Positions 23,809 to 37,119 of a DNA stretch of 60,113 bases are shown here, piece by piece. Location of the stretch: positions 30,755,888 to 30,816,000 of the forward strand of contig NC_091478.1 in assembly GCF_036971445.1 (NCBI RefSeq), read 5' to 3'. The notes under the pieces were generated by a model that saw nothing but the letters and a program-made list of their open reading frames with translations, made no database searches and was not told where the DNA came from. This stretch comes from Narcine bancroftii (taxonomy: Eukaryota). Position numbers and translations under genes: made by a program. Within the stretch, counting starts at the first letter, position 1. Each line of letters starts with the position of its first letter.

Positions 23809-26800
23809 TTCTTCTTTTTTTCTTTGGCTTGGCTTCGCGGACGAAGATTTATGGAGGGGTAATGTCCATGTCAGCTGCAGGCTCGTTTGTGGCTGACAAG
23901 TCCGATGCGGGACAGGCAGACATGGTTGCGGGGAAAATTGGTTGGTTGGGGTTGGGTGTTGGGTTTTTCCTCCTTTGTCTTTTGTCAGTGAGGTGGGCTC
24001 TGCGGTCTTCTTCAAAGGATGTTGCTGCCCGCCGAACTGTGAGGCGCCAAGATGCACGGTTTGAGGCGATATCAGCCCACTGGCGGTGGTCAATGTGGCA
24101 GGCACCAAGAGATTTCTTTAGGGAGTCCTTGTACCTCTTCTTTGGTGCACCTCTGTCACGGTGGCTAGTGGAGAGCTCACCATATAACACGATCTAGTGA
24201 AGGCGATGGACCTCCATTCTGGAGACGTGACCTGCCCAACGCAGTTGGATCTTCAGCAGCGTGGATTCGATGCTGTCGGCCTTTGCCATCTCGAGTACTT
24301 CGATGTTAGGGATGAAGTTGCTCCAATGAATGTTGAGGATGGAGCAGAGACAACGCTGGTGGAAGCGTTCTAGGAGCCGTAGGTGATGCCGGTAGAGGAC
24401 CCATGATTCAGAGCCAAACAGGAGTGTGGGTATGACAACAGCTCAGTTTACGCTAATCTTTGTGAGGTTTTTCAGTTGGTTGTTTATCCAGACTCTTTTG
24501 TGTAGTCTTCCAAAGGCACTATTTGCCTTGGCGAGTCTGTTGTCTATCTCGTTGTCGATCCTTGCATCCGATGAAATGGTGCAGCCGAGATAGGTAAACT
24601 GGTTGACCGTTTTGAGTTTTGTGTGCTTGATGGAGATGTGGGGAGGCTGGTAGTCATGGTGGGGAGCTGGCTGATGGAGGACCTCAGTTTTCTTCAGGCT
24701 GACTTCCAGGCCAAACATTTTGGCAGTTTCCGCAAAATAGGACGTCAAGCGCTGAAGAGCTGGCTCTGAATGGGCAACTAAAGCGGCATCGTCTGCAAAG
24801 AGTAGTTCACGGACAAGTTGCTCTTGTGTCTTGGTGTGAGCATGCAGGCGCCTCAGATTGAAGAGACTGCCATCCGTGCGGTACCGGATGTAAAAAGCGT
24901 CTTCATTGTTGAGGTCTTTCATGGCTTGTTTCAGCATCATGCTGAAGAAGATTGAAAAGAGGGTTGGTGCGAGAACGCAGCCTTGCTTCACGCCATTGTT
25001 AATGGAGAAGAGTTCAGAGAGCTCATTGCTGTATCTGACCCGACCTTGTTGGTTTTCGTGCAGTTGGATAACCTTGTTGAGGAACTTTGGGGGGCATCCG
25101 AGGCGCTCTAGTATTTGCCAAAGCCCTTTCCTGCTAACGGTGTCGAAGGCTTTGGTGAGGTCAACAAAGGTGATGTAGAGTCCTTTGTTTTGTTCTCTGC
25201 ACTTTTCTTGGAGCTGTCTGAGGGCAAAGACCATGTCAGTAGTTCCTCTGTTTGCGCGAAAGCCGCACTGTGATTCTGGGAGAACATTCTCAGCGAGACT
25301 AGGTACTATTCTATTTAGGAGAATCCTAGCGAAGATTTTGCCTGCAATGGAGAGCAGCGTGATTCCCCTGTAGTTTGAGCAGTCTGATTTCTCGCCTTTG
25401 TTTTTGTACAGGGTGATGATGATGGCATCGCGAAGGTCCTGAGGCAGCTTTCCTTGGTCCCAGCAGAGCTTGAAAAACTCATGCAGTTTGGCATGCAGAG
25501 TTTTGCCGCCAGCCTTCCAGACATCTGGGGGGATTCCATCCAAACCTGCTGCTTTGCCACTTTTCAGTTGTTCAATTGCCTTATATGTCTCTTCCTGGAT
25601 GAGGACCTCATCCAGCTCTAGCCTTAGGGGCTGTTGAGGGAGCTGGAGCAGGGCGGATTCTTGGACTGAGCGGTTGGCACTGAAAAGAAATTGGAAGTGT
25701 TCTGACCATCGGTTGAGGATGGAGATCTTGTCGCTGAGGAGGACTTTGCCATCTGAACTGCGCAGCGGGCTTTGGACTTGGGGTGAGGGGCCGTACACAG
25801 CCTTTAGAGCCTCGTAAAAACCCCTGAAGTCGCCAATGTCTGCGCTGAGCTGGGTTCGTTTGGCGAGGCTAGTCCACCACTCATTTTGGATCTCCCGGAG
25901 TTTGCGCTGAAGATGGCTGCTTGCGCGATGGAAGGCTTGTTTCTTCTCTGGCCAGGACAGCTTTGCAAGGTGAGCCTGGTGGGCAGTTCGCTTCTTTGCC
26001 AGCAGCTCCTGGATTTCCTGGTTGTTTTCGTCGAACCAGTCCTTGTTTTTCCTGGAGGAGAAGCCTTCAGCTGATCCCAGAGGGTTTCAGGGGACGAGTC
26101 CATGAGGCGGATTGCATCCTCGAGCTTTGCTTTGAGGTTTGCCTGGAAGTTTCCTCTCACTCCAACATTGAACCTCTTTCTGGGGGCTTTACTGTTCCTG
26201 GACTTTGGCTTGAAGTGAAGGTTGAGCTTGCAGCGAACCAGCCGGTGGTCAATGTGGCATTCTGCGCTGGGCATGACCCTGGTGTGGAGCACATCTCGTT
26301 TGTCTCTTTCTCGCACCAGGACGTAGTCCAGGAGGTGCCAGTGTTTGGATCGGGGATGCATCCAGGTAGTCTTCAGGCTATCCCTCTGCTGAAAAAGGGT
26401 GTTTGTAATGACAAGCCACTGTTCTGCGCAGAGCTCCAACAGGAGGCGCCTGTTGTCGTTGCACTTGCTGACACCATGCTTGCCCAGGATTCCTGGCCTG
26501 GTTTCTGAGTCTTTGCCGATGCGAGCGTTGAAGTCGCCAAGGATGACAACCTTGTCGGCTGTAGGGGTGCGTTGAATGAGGTTGCACAGATCAGTGTAGA
26601 ACTTGTCCTTTTCTGCTGGTTCCGCCTGGAAGGTTGGATCATAGACACTGATGAGGGTGACGCGACGCTTGTTTTGAAGGGGGAGTCGCATGGACATGAT
26701 CCGGTCCGAGTGGCCTGTCAGGAGGTTTTCGAGTATGGAGGCAATGGAGTTCTTGACCATGAAGGTGTCGTTCATCCATAGGCTTCCCAGACCAGTAGAG

Positions 26801-27219
26801 TGTGTAGCCCACGTCGCGTTCTTGGAGGCTGCCTGCATCTGCAAGGCGGACTTCACTGAGAGCGGCTATGTTGATGTCAAGTCTGAGGAGTTCATGTGCG
26901 ATGAGGGCAGACCGACGTTCAGGTCGGTGGCTGTCAGCCTTGTCTAGCATGGTTCTGATGATCCAGCATGCTAGCTTGAGTTTGTGAGCATCTTTTGAGG
27001 GGGAGGACGTGGAGGGGGAGGACGTGGACCTATCCTCGGGCCTGCGCAAAGGAGCTTTTAGGTGGAGTGCAGTGTGTGCAGTACTGGCCCCACCCTTTAC
27101 ACCCATGGTTCGTGTGCTGTGGCCAAGCAAGCTGGGACGTGGCAGTGAGGTCCTTGGGTCATAGGTTTTATATCAGAGTGGCCTTCTCCTATGCAGGTTT
27201 CTTACCCGGGCTGGAGGGG
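23809..27219 (-). mobile_element. Near full-length RTE-clade LINE (single APE endonuclease + RT ORF broken by several frameshifts)
   Basis: ORFs 26639..27130 (KLACWIIRTM, IAALSEVR), 25804..26856 (ILGDFNARIG, LDYVL, DHRLV) and 24443..25798 (NYRGITLLS, ESQCGFR, FVDLTKAFDTV, GVKQGCVLAP, LLFADD, FTYLG). GAA-rich tail; TSD CAAGAGT at 23802-23808 and 27220-27226. Confidence 0.95.
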
Positions 27220-27226
27220 CAAGAGT

Positions 27227-28260
27227 ATATTCCAGTTAAAAGCAAGAACAGGAAGGGCGATGATATATAATCTGCTATTAGCATGGATAGAAGTTTGTTA
27301 ACCAGAGAGTTGGGATAAATGGGTATTTTTCTGGTTGGCCATTGGTAGTGAATGGAGTGCTGTGCCCACAACCATTCTCAATATACATTAACAATTTGGA
27401 ATAGAGTGTAATGTATCTAATTTTGCAGATGACACTAAATTGAGTGGAAAAGCAAATTGTGCACAGGCTGCAAGAGAGTCTGCAGAGACATATGGATGGG
27501 TTAAATGGGTGGGCAAGTGTCTGGTAGATGGACTATAATGTTGTTCAATAGAACATCATCCATTTTGGAAGGAAAAATTATAATTCAAACATTTATTTAA
27601 ATGGTAAAATTATTGTTGCATGTTGTGCAGCAAGACTTAGGATTGATGGTATATGAAGCACAAAAAGTTTGTTTGCCGGTGTAACAGATTATTAAGAGGG
27701 CAAAAGCTGAATGTTGGCTTTTATTGCTAGAGCTCCTGAATTCAAGAGCAGTGATATTCTATGACAACTGTACAGGACATGGTGAGGCCCCACCTGGAGA
27801 ACCGTGGCAATTCCAGTATCTGTACTTGGAGGCAGTGCTGAGGAGGTTCACCTGGTTGACTTTGGAAATGGCAAGCTATATTGAGTAACTTGGGATGATA
27901 ATTCATTCAAGGTAAGAAAGATGAGGGAGGATTTTATAGGAACAGATAAAATTATGAAGAAAATAGATAAGATAGTAGCAATGAGGTTGTTTCCACTGGC
28001 AGGTGAAACTGGAACTTGGGGGCATAGCTTCAAGATTTGGGGGAGTAGATGCAAGTTTTAAGAGAAACATAAGGTAGAACTACTTCTCCCAGAGAGTAGT
28101 GAACCTGTGGAATGGATACATTTTTTCACTGGTAGGTGAATTAAAAGTTACAGGAAACAGGTGGATAAGGGGCTGAGTCCACAGCCAGATCAGCCATGAT
28201 CTCATTGACTGATGGAGCAGGCTCGACTGGCTAACTCTTGCTCCTATTTCCTCTGTTTTT
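27227..28260 (+). mobile_element. Old CR1-like RT/3' end fragment
   Basis: IYINNLE...SNFADDTKLSG, VRPHLE and FSQRVVNLWN motifs, plus a CR1-type 3' UTR. Confidence 0.7.
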
Positions 28261-28629
28261 GCAATCAAAGTCAACTCTTCACCTTAATTGTAATTATGTA
28301 AAGCACAGAAATCCTGAATGTTAGTCTTAGGTGCTTTGCCCACTCTTCACAGGCTTCACTCTGTGAAGCACTTCACAAGCTGACAGATGGGAAGCTCTTG
28401 TTCAATATCCTCTCCATTTTGGAGTTTGGAAAGAGACGGTGCCTCTATCCCTGTGCAGGTAAAACTCAGCCATCATACATGGAGGATTCAAACCCAGTTG
28501 GAGTGGTGAAGAGAGGATTGGAAGGAATAATGGTTAAGAAGGATTTGACCTGTGCCATCATGGCTATTTCATGCCCATCTCTTGCATTTTGATAGTAAAT
28601 GAGGGCCTGACTACTGCACAAGGGTATAT

Positions 28630-28862
28630 CAGGGACAGCTCAGTTAGCGCAATGCTATTATAGTGCTAGCGACCTGGGTTCGAATCTGGCGTTGCCTGTA
28701 AGGTATTTGTATATTTCTCTGTGACCAGAGTGGGTTTCCTCCAGGGGCTTCAGTTTGTTCCCACTCTTAACAATGTATGGGATTGGTAAGTTAATTGGGT
28801 GGCATGTTTCAATGGCTAGAATCAGTTTCCCCCATGTTGTAAATAAATAAAAAATATAAATA
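28630..28862 (+). mobile_element. tRNA-derived SINE
   Basis: A/B-box-like head (agctcagttagcgc...GGGTTCGAATC), shared core and A-rich tail. Confidence 0.75.
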
Positions 28863-29817
28863 AAGATGGCACCACTGCTGCAGCTGCGGTAACGACAGTG
28901 CTGAAGTTGGTTTGGACCTGGGAGGAGCGGAGACCAGAGGCACATCTTCCAGTGCTCCTCCACAGGGTCTTTTATCCAAGTCATATGCTGATGACCTGCT
29001 ATATAGGTTTAAACTGCCTAAAGCATGGGAGAAGAGTCTTCAGTGTAGGGAATCGCAGCAGGGAACAAATAAGGGGTTTGGCAGCCAAAGGACTCACACC
29101 AGGTTGCAGGGTGCTGAAGAATGGTTCATGAGAACCATGTATTGGGACCAGGACTCATGAGGCAGTCGAGGGCGATCAGAGATCCTGAAGGGCCTTAAGT
29201 GTTAACAGCTTCTGTTCATATCCAGGAGCCAAGGTGTGTAAGTTGGATGCTTGAAGCCCAGGTTCACCACCAAACTGAGGTTACAGGAGCACAGGAAGCA
29301 GTGGCATCAGAGAAGATGGCGGAATCTGCAAACACTCAATATCTCTGAAGGGACTTTGGCTTGTTTCTCTTTCTCTTCTTGATCAATACACCAGACTAGA
29401 GGTGCCTCTTTGAGTGTAAAAGTAAATTAATTTTGTGCACTATGTAATGAAAAGGAACCTTGTACCTTGAGGGTTAGTTGGCTGTTGAGCTGCCAAAGCT
29501 ATTTGTCAGCTATTTGGCATTCATAGCATTTAGGTGTTCAGCAAGAACCTGTATCCTCTCATGCAACTGAAAATTTGGTGTTCCATGGTAATAGCCATGC
29601 TTTCCATGGTTGAAAACATTAGTGAAAATGCATGCAGTATGCTACCCTTCACTGAATGATGGCAGATGCATAATGGGTGAAGTAACCATCACCTGTCCTA
29701 AATTCCAATTATGCCGAGTGAATGCAAAAATTAGTTCAATTACGTTAGGTTTTTTGAGGCACGGTAAGGTTTTATTTCTACCTCTTACCTTTTTTACAGT
29801 TGACACAATGACAAGAA

Positions 29818-30070
29818 TTTTTTTTATTTTAAAATTTAGACATACAGCACTGTAACAGGCCAATTTGGCCCTACGAGCTGCCTAGTTTACACCTCATTAG
29901 CCTACATCCGGTACATTTTCTAATGGTGGGAAGAAACCGAAGTCCCCGAACAAAACCCACACAAGCATGGGTAAAACGTACAAACTCCTTACAGACAGCA
30001 CGGGCTTCGAACCCAGTTCTGGTCTTGATAACTGGTGCTGTAAAGGCATTGTGCTAACCGCTACGCCAAT
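29818..30070 (-). mobile_element. tRNA-derived SINE
   Basis: Reverse complement has tggcgtagcggttagcac...GGGTTCGAAGCCC; the tail aatttagacatacagcac is shared with 59548 and 17020. Confidence 0.8.
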
Positions 30071-31095
30071 CTACTTGCCATTACATTCAAAGTGAAAAGA
30101 ATGTTGCAATGCAAATCAGAACTTATTATTATGCTAACTGCAAAATTTGGCTCCAAACACATGTTTTTTCTAACACTCCAGGTGCCAATTCAGTTCCAAT
30201 ATGGTGACTGATTAGCATGGCATGAATCTCACAGCTGCTATATTGCAGAGGGTATTAGCTTGTGCATGGCTAAAAAATGCGAAAAATACAGAGTAGACAG
30301 ATCATGCCAAGTAGCTCAAGCTCTAGTTCACAAAAATAAAGTTTTATATTTCTATCACAAAACTAAAGGCTTGCTGGAGGAATTCAGCAGCTGTGGAGGA
30401 AAAGAGATACTTGCCTCTTACAAAGTGAAGCATTTCATACTGGTTCAGATTAAACTCCATTTGCCATTTCTATATGCATATCTCTGATTGGGATCATCTA
30501 GAATTGTTTGATAGCCTGCTGTCCACAACTCCATCAATCTTTGTGCCATCCAAGTCATTTGTACACATCACAAACAACAAGGATCCCATCCCCAATCCCT
30601 GCTGAATACCACTGGTCACAGATCTTCAGCTAGAGGGGAAAGTATACAGTCAATGGTGGGGCTTTTAAAAGCATTGATGAGCAAATGGATCTTTGTTTCA
30701 GGTCCATCATTCCTTCAAACTAGCTATAAAAAAGACAGTGGTAAAGAAGGCATCTGGACACTTGCCTTCATTGGTTGGGGCATTGAGTATAAAGGAAAAG
30801 AGCAAAGGAAGTTGTGTTGTTGATAGTAAAACTTTGGTCAGACAGCCCTTGGGGTATTGTGTGCAAATCTGCTCGCCCTATTACAGAGAGGATGTGGAGG
30901 CTTTGAAAAGGGCACAGAAGAAATTTACCAAATTTCTGTAGAGGGTATGGCCTATGGGAAGAAGTAACACATGAATATGTAGGGATTAGATAGAAAGGTA
31001 TCACATGCAAGTAAGCAGAGTTTGAGTTTGATGTAGGCATTGTGTTCAGCACAAATATCATGGACTGAAGGACCTGTTCCAGTACATTCTCTGGA

Positions 31096-32670
31096 TTTTT
31101 TTTTTATTTCTCACACAATAAACCATACTGACCAAAATACATACAGACATTTTTCTCTTGAATATATACAGGGTCATTTTCTCCCCTTTTTCCCCCCTCC
31201 CTTCCCTCCCTCCCTCTCCCCCCCCCTTCCCATTTAATTGTTCAATCTATAAGATACATTAAATCTATTAAACAATGTCGTCACTTAATAAAATAAACAA
31301 GACATTTTTGTCTTTTACATACTGGGTCAGTTCATTTCGTTGTCTTCTGCTTCTGTCATTTTAGATGGTGGAGGTTCATGGTAGGATTTCTCTATTGTAT
31401 TTCATGTACGGTTCCCATATTTGTTCGAATATTGTGATGTTATTTCTTAAATTATGTGTTATTTTTTCTAATGGAATACATTTATTTATTGCTATGTACC
31501 ATTGTTGTATTCTCAAGTTGTCTTCTAATTTCCAGGTTGACATAATACATTTTTTTGCTACAGCTAGAGCTATCATAATAAATCTTTTTTGTGCTCCATC
31601 CAAATTGAGTCCAAATTCTTTATTTCTTATATTATTTAGAAGGAAGATCTCTGGGTATTTTGGTATATTGCTTTTTGTGATTTTATTTAATATCTGGTTT
31701 AGATCTTCCCAAAAATTTTTTCACTTTCTCACATGCCCAAATTGCATGTATTGTTGTTCCCGTTTCCTTTTTACAGAGAAAACATCTGTCTGATACTGTT
31801 GGGTCCCATTTTTTTAACTTTTGGGGTGTGGTGTATAGCCTGTGTAACCAATTATATTGTATCATGCGTAACCTCGTGTTTATTGTATTTCTCATAGTTC
31901 CGGAGCATAGCTTTTCTCATGTTTCATTCTTTATCTTTACGTTTAGATCTTGTTCCCATTTTTGTTTAGGTTTACAGTTTGTTTCCTCGTTCTCCTTTTC
32001 TTGCAGTTTGATGTACATGTTTGTTATAAATTTTTTAATTATCATTGTGTCTGTAATCACATATTCAAAATTGCTTCCTTCTGGTAACCTCAGACTGTTT
32101 CCCAATTTGCCCTTCAAGTAGGATTTCAGTTGGTGGTATGCAAACCTTGTATCGTGAGTTATATTATATTTGTCCTTCATTTGTTCAAAAGATAATAATT
32201 TATTTCCCAAAAAACAATTTTCTATTCTTTTGATCCCTTTTCTCTCCCATTCTCTGAAGGAAAGGTTATTTATTGTGAAAGGGATTAGTTGATTTTGTGT
32301 CAATATTAATTTTGGTAGTTGATAATTTATTTTATTCCTTTCTACGTGAACCTTCTTCCAAATGTTGACCAGATGGTGCAATACTGGTGAATTCCTACGT
32401 TGCACCAATTTTTCATCCCACTTATAGAGTATATGCTCAGGTATCTTCTCCCCTATTTTATCTAGCTCTAATCTGGTCCAATCTGGTTTTTCCCTTGTTT
32501 GATAAAAATCTGATAGGTATCTTAATTGTGCTGCTCTATAATAATTCTTAAAGTTTAAGAAAATAATGAGCTAAAGAAAATAATAAGAAAATTCTTATGG
32601 AAAGGGGGGAAACCGACGATAGCACTAGATAAATTAACAGAATGGTATAAACAAGGAGGCTTACAACTAC
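31096..32670 (-). mobile_element. L1-like LINE 3' end with inverted 5' segment (about 32566-32670 on +)
   Basis: Minus-strand ORFs 31376..31603, 31683..31895 (CFLCKKETGTTIHAIWAC) and 31917..32408, with poly-T at 31096. The plus-strand piece ELKKIIRKFLWKGGKP..GGLQL directly precedes the minus-strand NFKNYYRAAQ in ORF2 order. Confidence 0.9.
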
Positions 32671-34199
32671 ATGGCCATTAGTTGGTCACAGGGACTGTCT
32701 CTGCATTATTTGACTATGAATCTCCACCACGCAGAGGGTCTGCATGGTGACATGACCAAAGGGTAGAGAAAGTAAGGTTTTTTTTACACGCACATGGTTC
32801 TGCCATGTTGAAGTTGTCAGATATAAGAAAGAAGCTCAAAAAGTGTAGAATCAGTGTGAAGAGAGAGATAGAGAAAGGCACATGCCTGCCACCATCTGCA
32901 TTTTATAACCCAGAAAAGTCTATGCGATATGGGGAAGGTTAAGTGTGAGTATTTCATCATCCTCAGTGCTAACCATGGACTCTGCTAACCATTCGAAAAA
33001 TCATGAGCACCATTTCCTCCTTGCTACTTATCTCATGGACACAGTTTTGTCTGCTGCCATAAGTTGGTGCTGGCATAACTTTTTGCCACTATTTCCTCCA
33101 AGGGAAAAAGGAAAGCATTAAATGAGTTTATTTACAGTGCGTCCTGCTGTGTTATCCATGGCTGAAAAGCAAGAAGTGTGGGTAAACAGTGAGAAATGAA
33201 TGTGATTGTTAGAGTAATGGTAAGTATGCAACTGTGTGGCAGGCCACATGACGTTTACAAGGAATCCTGAATGATGGTGGCCATTGTAAATGTCTGATAG
33301 AGGCATACTGTATAGATCATGGAGCACTCTGGTGCAATGTATTTACTGACCTTGACCACACATGTCAGGCATTATTTTATACTCCCAGCTCTGCATTCTG
33401 GTCCTGGTGCTTGGCTTCCTCCATGCCCCTCCTGAATCACTTCCTCCCAGTGTTTTATTATGAACCTGAGATCAGAAAATCAGCATGCCTCCTTTCTCTT
33501 CTCTGCTGTGACTTGTTGCTAACTTTCTAAAGTGCATATATATTTTAAGTGTGACCTGCTTAGGGTTCTTTCCACATCTTGCTCCAGCCACGTTTTTTCA
33601 GTGTGTCTGAAGGTCAGCATCTCCCCTGTTCTTATGCTTCTTCCACCAAAAGTTCCAGTACCGTGTCAGAAAACCATGGAGTCTGGTCTGTTCCACCGTG
33701 TGCCATTCTTGAATAGGTCAAAGTGGATTTCAGTATACCTAACAATCCATTCTCTATTTTAAACTGCATCAATTTCATTTTAAGTGATGCTTGTCAATCT
33801 ACAGTTTGGGTGCCCAAGTGAAGCAATACCCAATGAATAATGAAATCCAAGAGGCTGCATGCAAGTAAGGTAAAACTGAGTAAAATCAAACCTTGGCATG
33901 CTCCCATATTGGAATAAATGAGCATGGATTAATTGTGTATTATGATTCTTTTGGCTGTTTTTGTGATTCTCCAATTCAGTCTCCAATGTCTCTTAAATCT
34001 GGATTTCAACCAAGCATGCAAATTCAAAAATAATGTTTGCGCTGCAGTAAAATTTGCATCAAACATGGATCTATTATTAATTTAATCGCCAGCATTGCTT
34101 TATATCAATGTACCATATGCAGGTTTGATTTATATACAATGATTTTGTGCATCTCCAGCTTTACAGACAATATATGTTATATTCTTCAAGTTTAAAAAA

Positions 34200-34520
34200 T
34201 AAAGAAATCTCTTGGTGCCTGCCACATTGACCACCGCCAGTGGGCTGATCTCGCCTCAAACCGTGCATCTTGGCGCCTCACAGTTCGGCGGGCAGCAACC
34301 TCCTTTGAAGAAGACCGCAGAGTCCACCTCACTGTCAAAAGACAAAGGAGGAAAAACCCAACACCCAACCCCAACCCACCAATTTTCCCCTGCAACCGCT
34401 GCAACCGTGTCTGCCTGTCCCGCATCGGACTTGTCAGCCACAAACGAGCCTGCAGCTGACGTGGACATTTACCCCCTCCATAAATCTTTGTCTGCGAAGC
34501 CAAGCCAAAGAAAGAAGAAA
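34200..34520 (+). mobile_element. 5'-truncated RTE LINE copy
   Basis: Same family as 226-711; retains the C-terminal PCNRCNRVCLSRIGLVSHKRACS. Confidence 0.9.
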
Positions 34521-35171
34521 AAATAATATAGTTGCTTTGGCAAAAATTTTTAAAGTTAGTCCTTATGAACAATGAAGATTTGAATAAATCAAAGATAGTA
34601 ATAGAGGTAGCTTGGTTGAAATGGGCCTGACTGTGATTTGCGATGTGCAAGGATGGATTGAACAATGGTATTCCTATGTTAATTACTGCATGATACCATT
34701 TTAGATCAGGAGACAATGGATAAGTTCTGTTAAAAATATAAACCTGCAAAATTTTTCTTCTACCAAATTGAACGTTTTCAATTCAACGCTATAGTAACAA
34801 AGCAAATACTAGTCCTCCCAGAGATGTACTACTCTTCCAGCCAAAATGACAAATGTTTTGCTCTTTTGCCTATTTCAATAATGTTTCTCCTGCAATTAAC
34901 ACCTGACAAGGTGAGTGATATTTCATTAAAGTACAGAAAGAAACTTCTGATGTAGCAGCAGGCACAGACTATTATTTTTCAATCCAGCCCTATTGTCATA
35001 TATTCCACACAGCTGGGATGCTGGACTTTTGAGGCCACAGCTCCAGCTGTGACCAAAATGAAACCACTTGCCTAAAAATATTTTCATGAAGTAAATTCTC
35101 AGGGTTAGATGTTGTTTCATGAATGGATTTTACAGTACCTATTCAATCCTCATAATTAGTGGAGCTAAATC

Positions 35172-35345
35172 AAGCTGCTGGAGAACTCAGCGAATCAAAG
35201 GAATAGTTGATGTTTCAGGCTGAGAACCTGCATCAGGACTGAGAGTGATCCCTTTGTCTTCACAGATATTGCCTGACCAACCAAGTTCCTCGACAGATCT
35301 TTTTATTGTGGTAGATTCTAGCATCTGCAGTCTCTTATTTCTCTC
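35172..35345. mobile_element. Penelope-like terminal repeat fragment (related pieces near 30360, 40735, 45560, 49100)
   Basis: Recurrent motif ctgctggagaactcagc...gatgtttc...ctgacc..agttcct...tagatt.cagcatctgcag; the family assignment is from recall. Confidence 0.45.
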
Positions 35346-36111
35346 TTCCATCACAAAACTTACCTTATACATATTAAAATAAATGAACATTAATAACATC
35401 TAAAGGTTCTGCCAGGCCAAAGGCTGCACATTGAGAGCAGTATTATGAGTCATTTCTCAGTAGGTAACCTCAAGCTTCCTCATTTCATCATGGAGAACAT
35501 CATTGGAATATTAACCCCAGTACGTGGGCTTTAGCCAATGAAAATTCTAATAATTCCTCCAAATATTTATAGAACATATAACAGTATCGCACAGGAGAAA
35601 TCGTTTTGGACCCTGTGTCTATGCCAAATATAATGCCCAAACTAAAGTCTACTGCTTTTAAACGTTGCTGTCACATCTGCTTCCATCACTCACTAAGCCC
35701 CTCCCCTCTCTATGTAAAAATAATTCCCCACACATCTCCTTCAAAGACCCCTCCCCACCCCATCCCACATATTAAACTTATATCCTCTTGTATTTGACAT
35801 TCATTCATAGTTTTATAAACTGCCATCAGGTCTACTGTCAGTCTCCAGTGCTCCAAAGAAAAGAACAAAGATCCCAAGCTTGTCCAACCTCTTCCTGTAA
35901 ATACCCTCTATCTTGGCAACATTGTGGTAAATCTCTTCTGTACCTTCTGTACTGTTTCCCAAGTCTCCACATCTTTCCAACAATGGAGCAACCAGAATTG
36001 CACACAATACTCAAAAGTGCAGCCCAATCAAAGTTTTATATTGCTGTTTGATTTCTTTACCTTCTTCATACTCAATGTCCCACCCTTTGAGGGCAAGGAA
36101 ATCATAAGCCT

Positions 36112-36292
36112 TTTCTTTCTTTTTCTTTGGCTTGGCTTTGCAGACGAAGATTTATGGAGGGGGTAAAAGTCCACGTCAGCTGCAGGCTCGTTTGTGGCTG
36201 ACAAGTCCGATGTGGGACAGGCAGACATGGTTGCAGCGGTTGCAGGGGAAAATTGGTTGGTTGGGGTTGGGTGTTGGGTTTTTCCTCCTTTG
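36112..36292 (-). mobile_element. Short RTE LINE 3' end
   Basis: Reverse complement of the 3' end of the 34200 copy. Confidence 0.9.
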
Positions 36293-36719
36293 CCTGTGAT
36301 TTAAAATGTATATAACACTTTGGGAAATTTTCTAATTAAGAAGGCTTTAATTTCCAATGTTTATTCTCAGCCTCAACCTGCAAAAGTAGTCTACATCATC
36401 ATTTAAAGAGCTGCTGCTTCTTTTCCGATTGTTCATCATTTCTTAGGAATCTTCATCAATTAAAATATAATGGATTTACTCACTAGCTTCCTTCTTGCAT
36501 CTAACATTATCCGAGGCAATCAATCAAGGATCTGATGTTAACTCAAAAACTGCAACTAAGAAGCAAAATTGACACCACAATGGAGGGAGTTGATAACCAG
36601 CTAGCAGACATAACAAGTAAGATTTAAACAAATATTCTATGAAATCTCATGAGCCAGGAAGAACTAAAACACTCTTAATGACTCCTAACAAGTAGAACAA
36701 ATGTAGCATTTTTTTTATA

Positions 36720-37116
36720 ATGATACCAACATTGGTTAACTCGGCCTGTGACATCACAGGCACCAAACTTCACTCCATTGAGGACATCTACTTGAAGTGG
36801 TGTCTTAAAAAAATCAGCCTCTATCCTAAAACACCCCCACCACCCAGGCCATGCCCTCTTCACTCTGCGACCATCAGGAAAAAGGTACAGGACCCTAAAG
36901 ACGAGCACTCAACGGCTCAAGGGCAGCTTCTTCCCTGCTGCCATCAGATTCCCGAATAATCAATGAACCAAAGACACTGCCTTACTTTTCATGCACTATT
37001 ATTTTAATTTTTTAATATATTATTGTTGTAAGGTGGTTCATAATATGTTTGCACTGTGAGGCTGCCGCAAAACACCAAATTTGGTGACTTGATCATGGCA
37101 ATAAATTCTGATTCTA
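36720..37116 (+). mobile_element. Rex1/Babar-like LINE 3' end
   Basis: VNSACDITGTKLHSIEDIY..CLKK, HP.HALFTL.PSG.R, ..SFFPAAIR motifs and an AATAAATTCTGATTCT tail; a similar piece lies at about 38040-38460. Confidence 0.6.
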
Positions 37117-37119
37117 TTG

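Noticed and set aside
28630-28700. tRNA gene-like A/B boxes (also near 18930, 30000, 59720)
   Set aside because: No complete cloverleaf; each continues into a shared SINE body and tail.
32940-33020. Minus-strand WLAESM resembling the BRCT SWL.E.M motif
   Set aside because: In-frame stop just upstream, and it lies between exons 3 and 4, the wrong order for exon 2.
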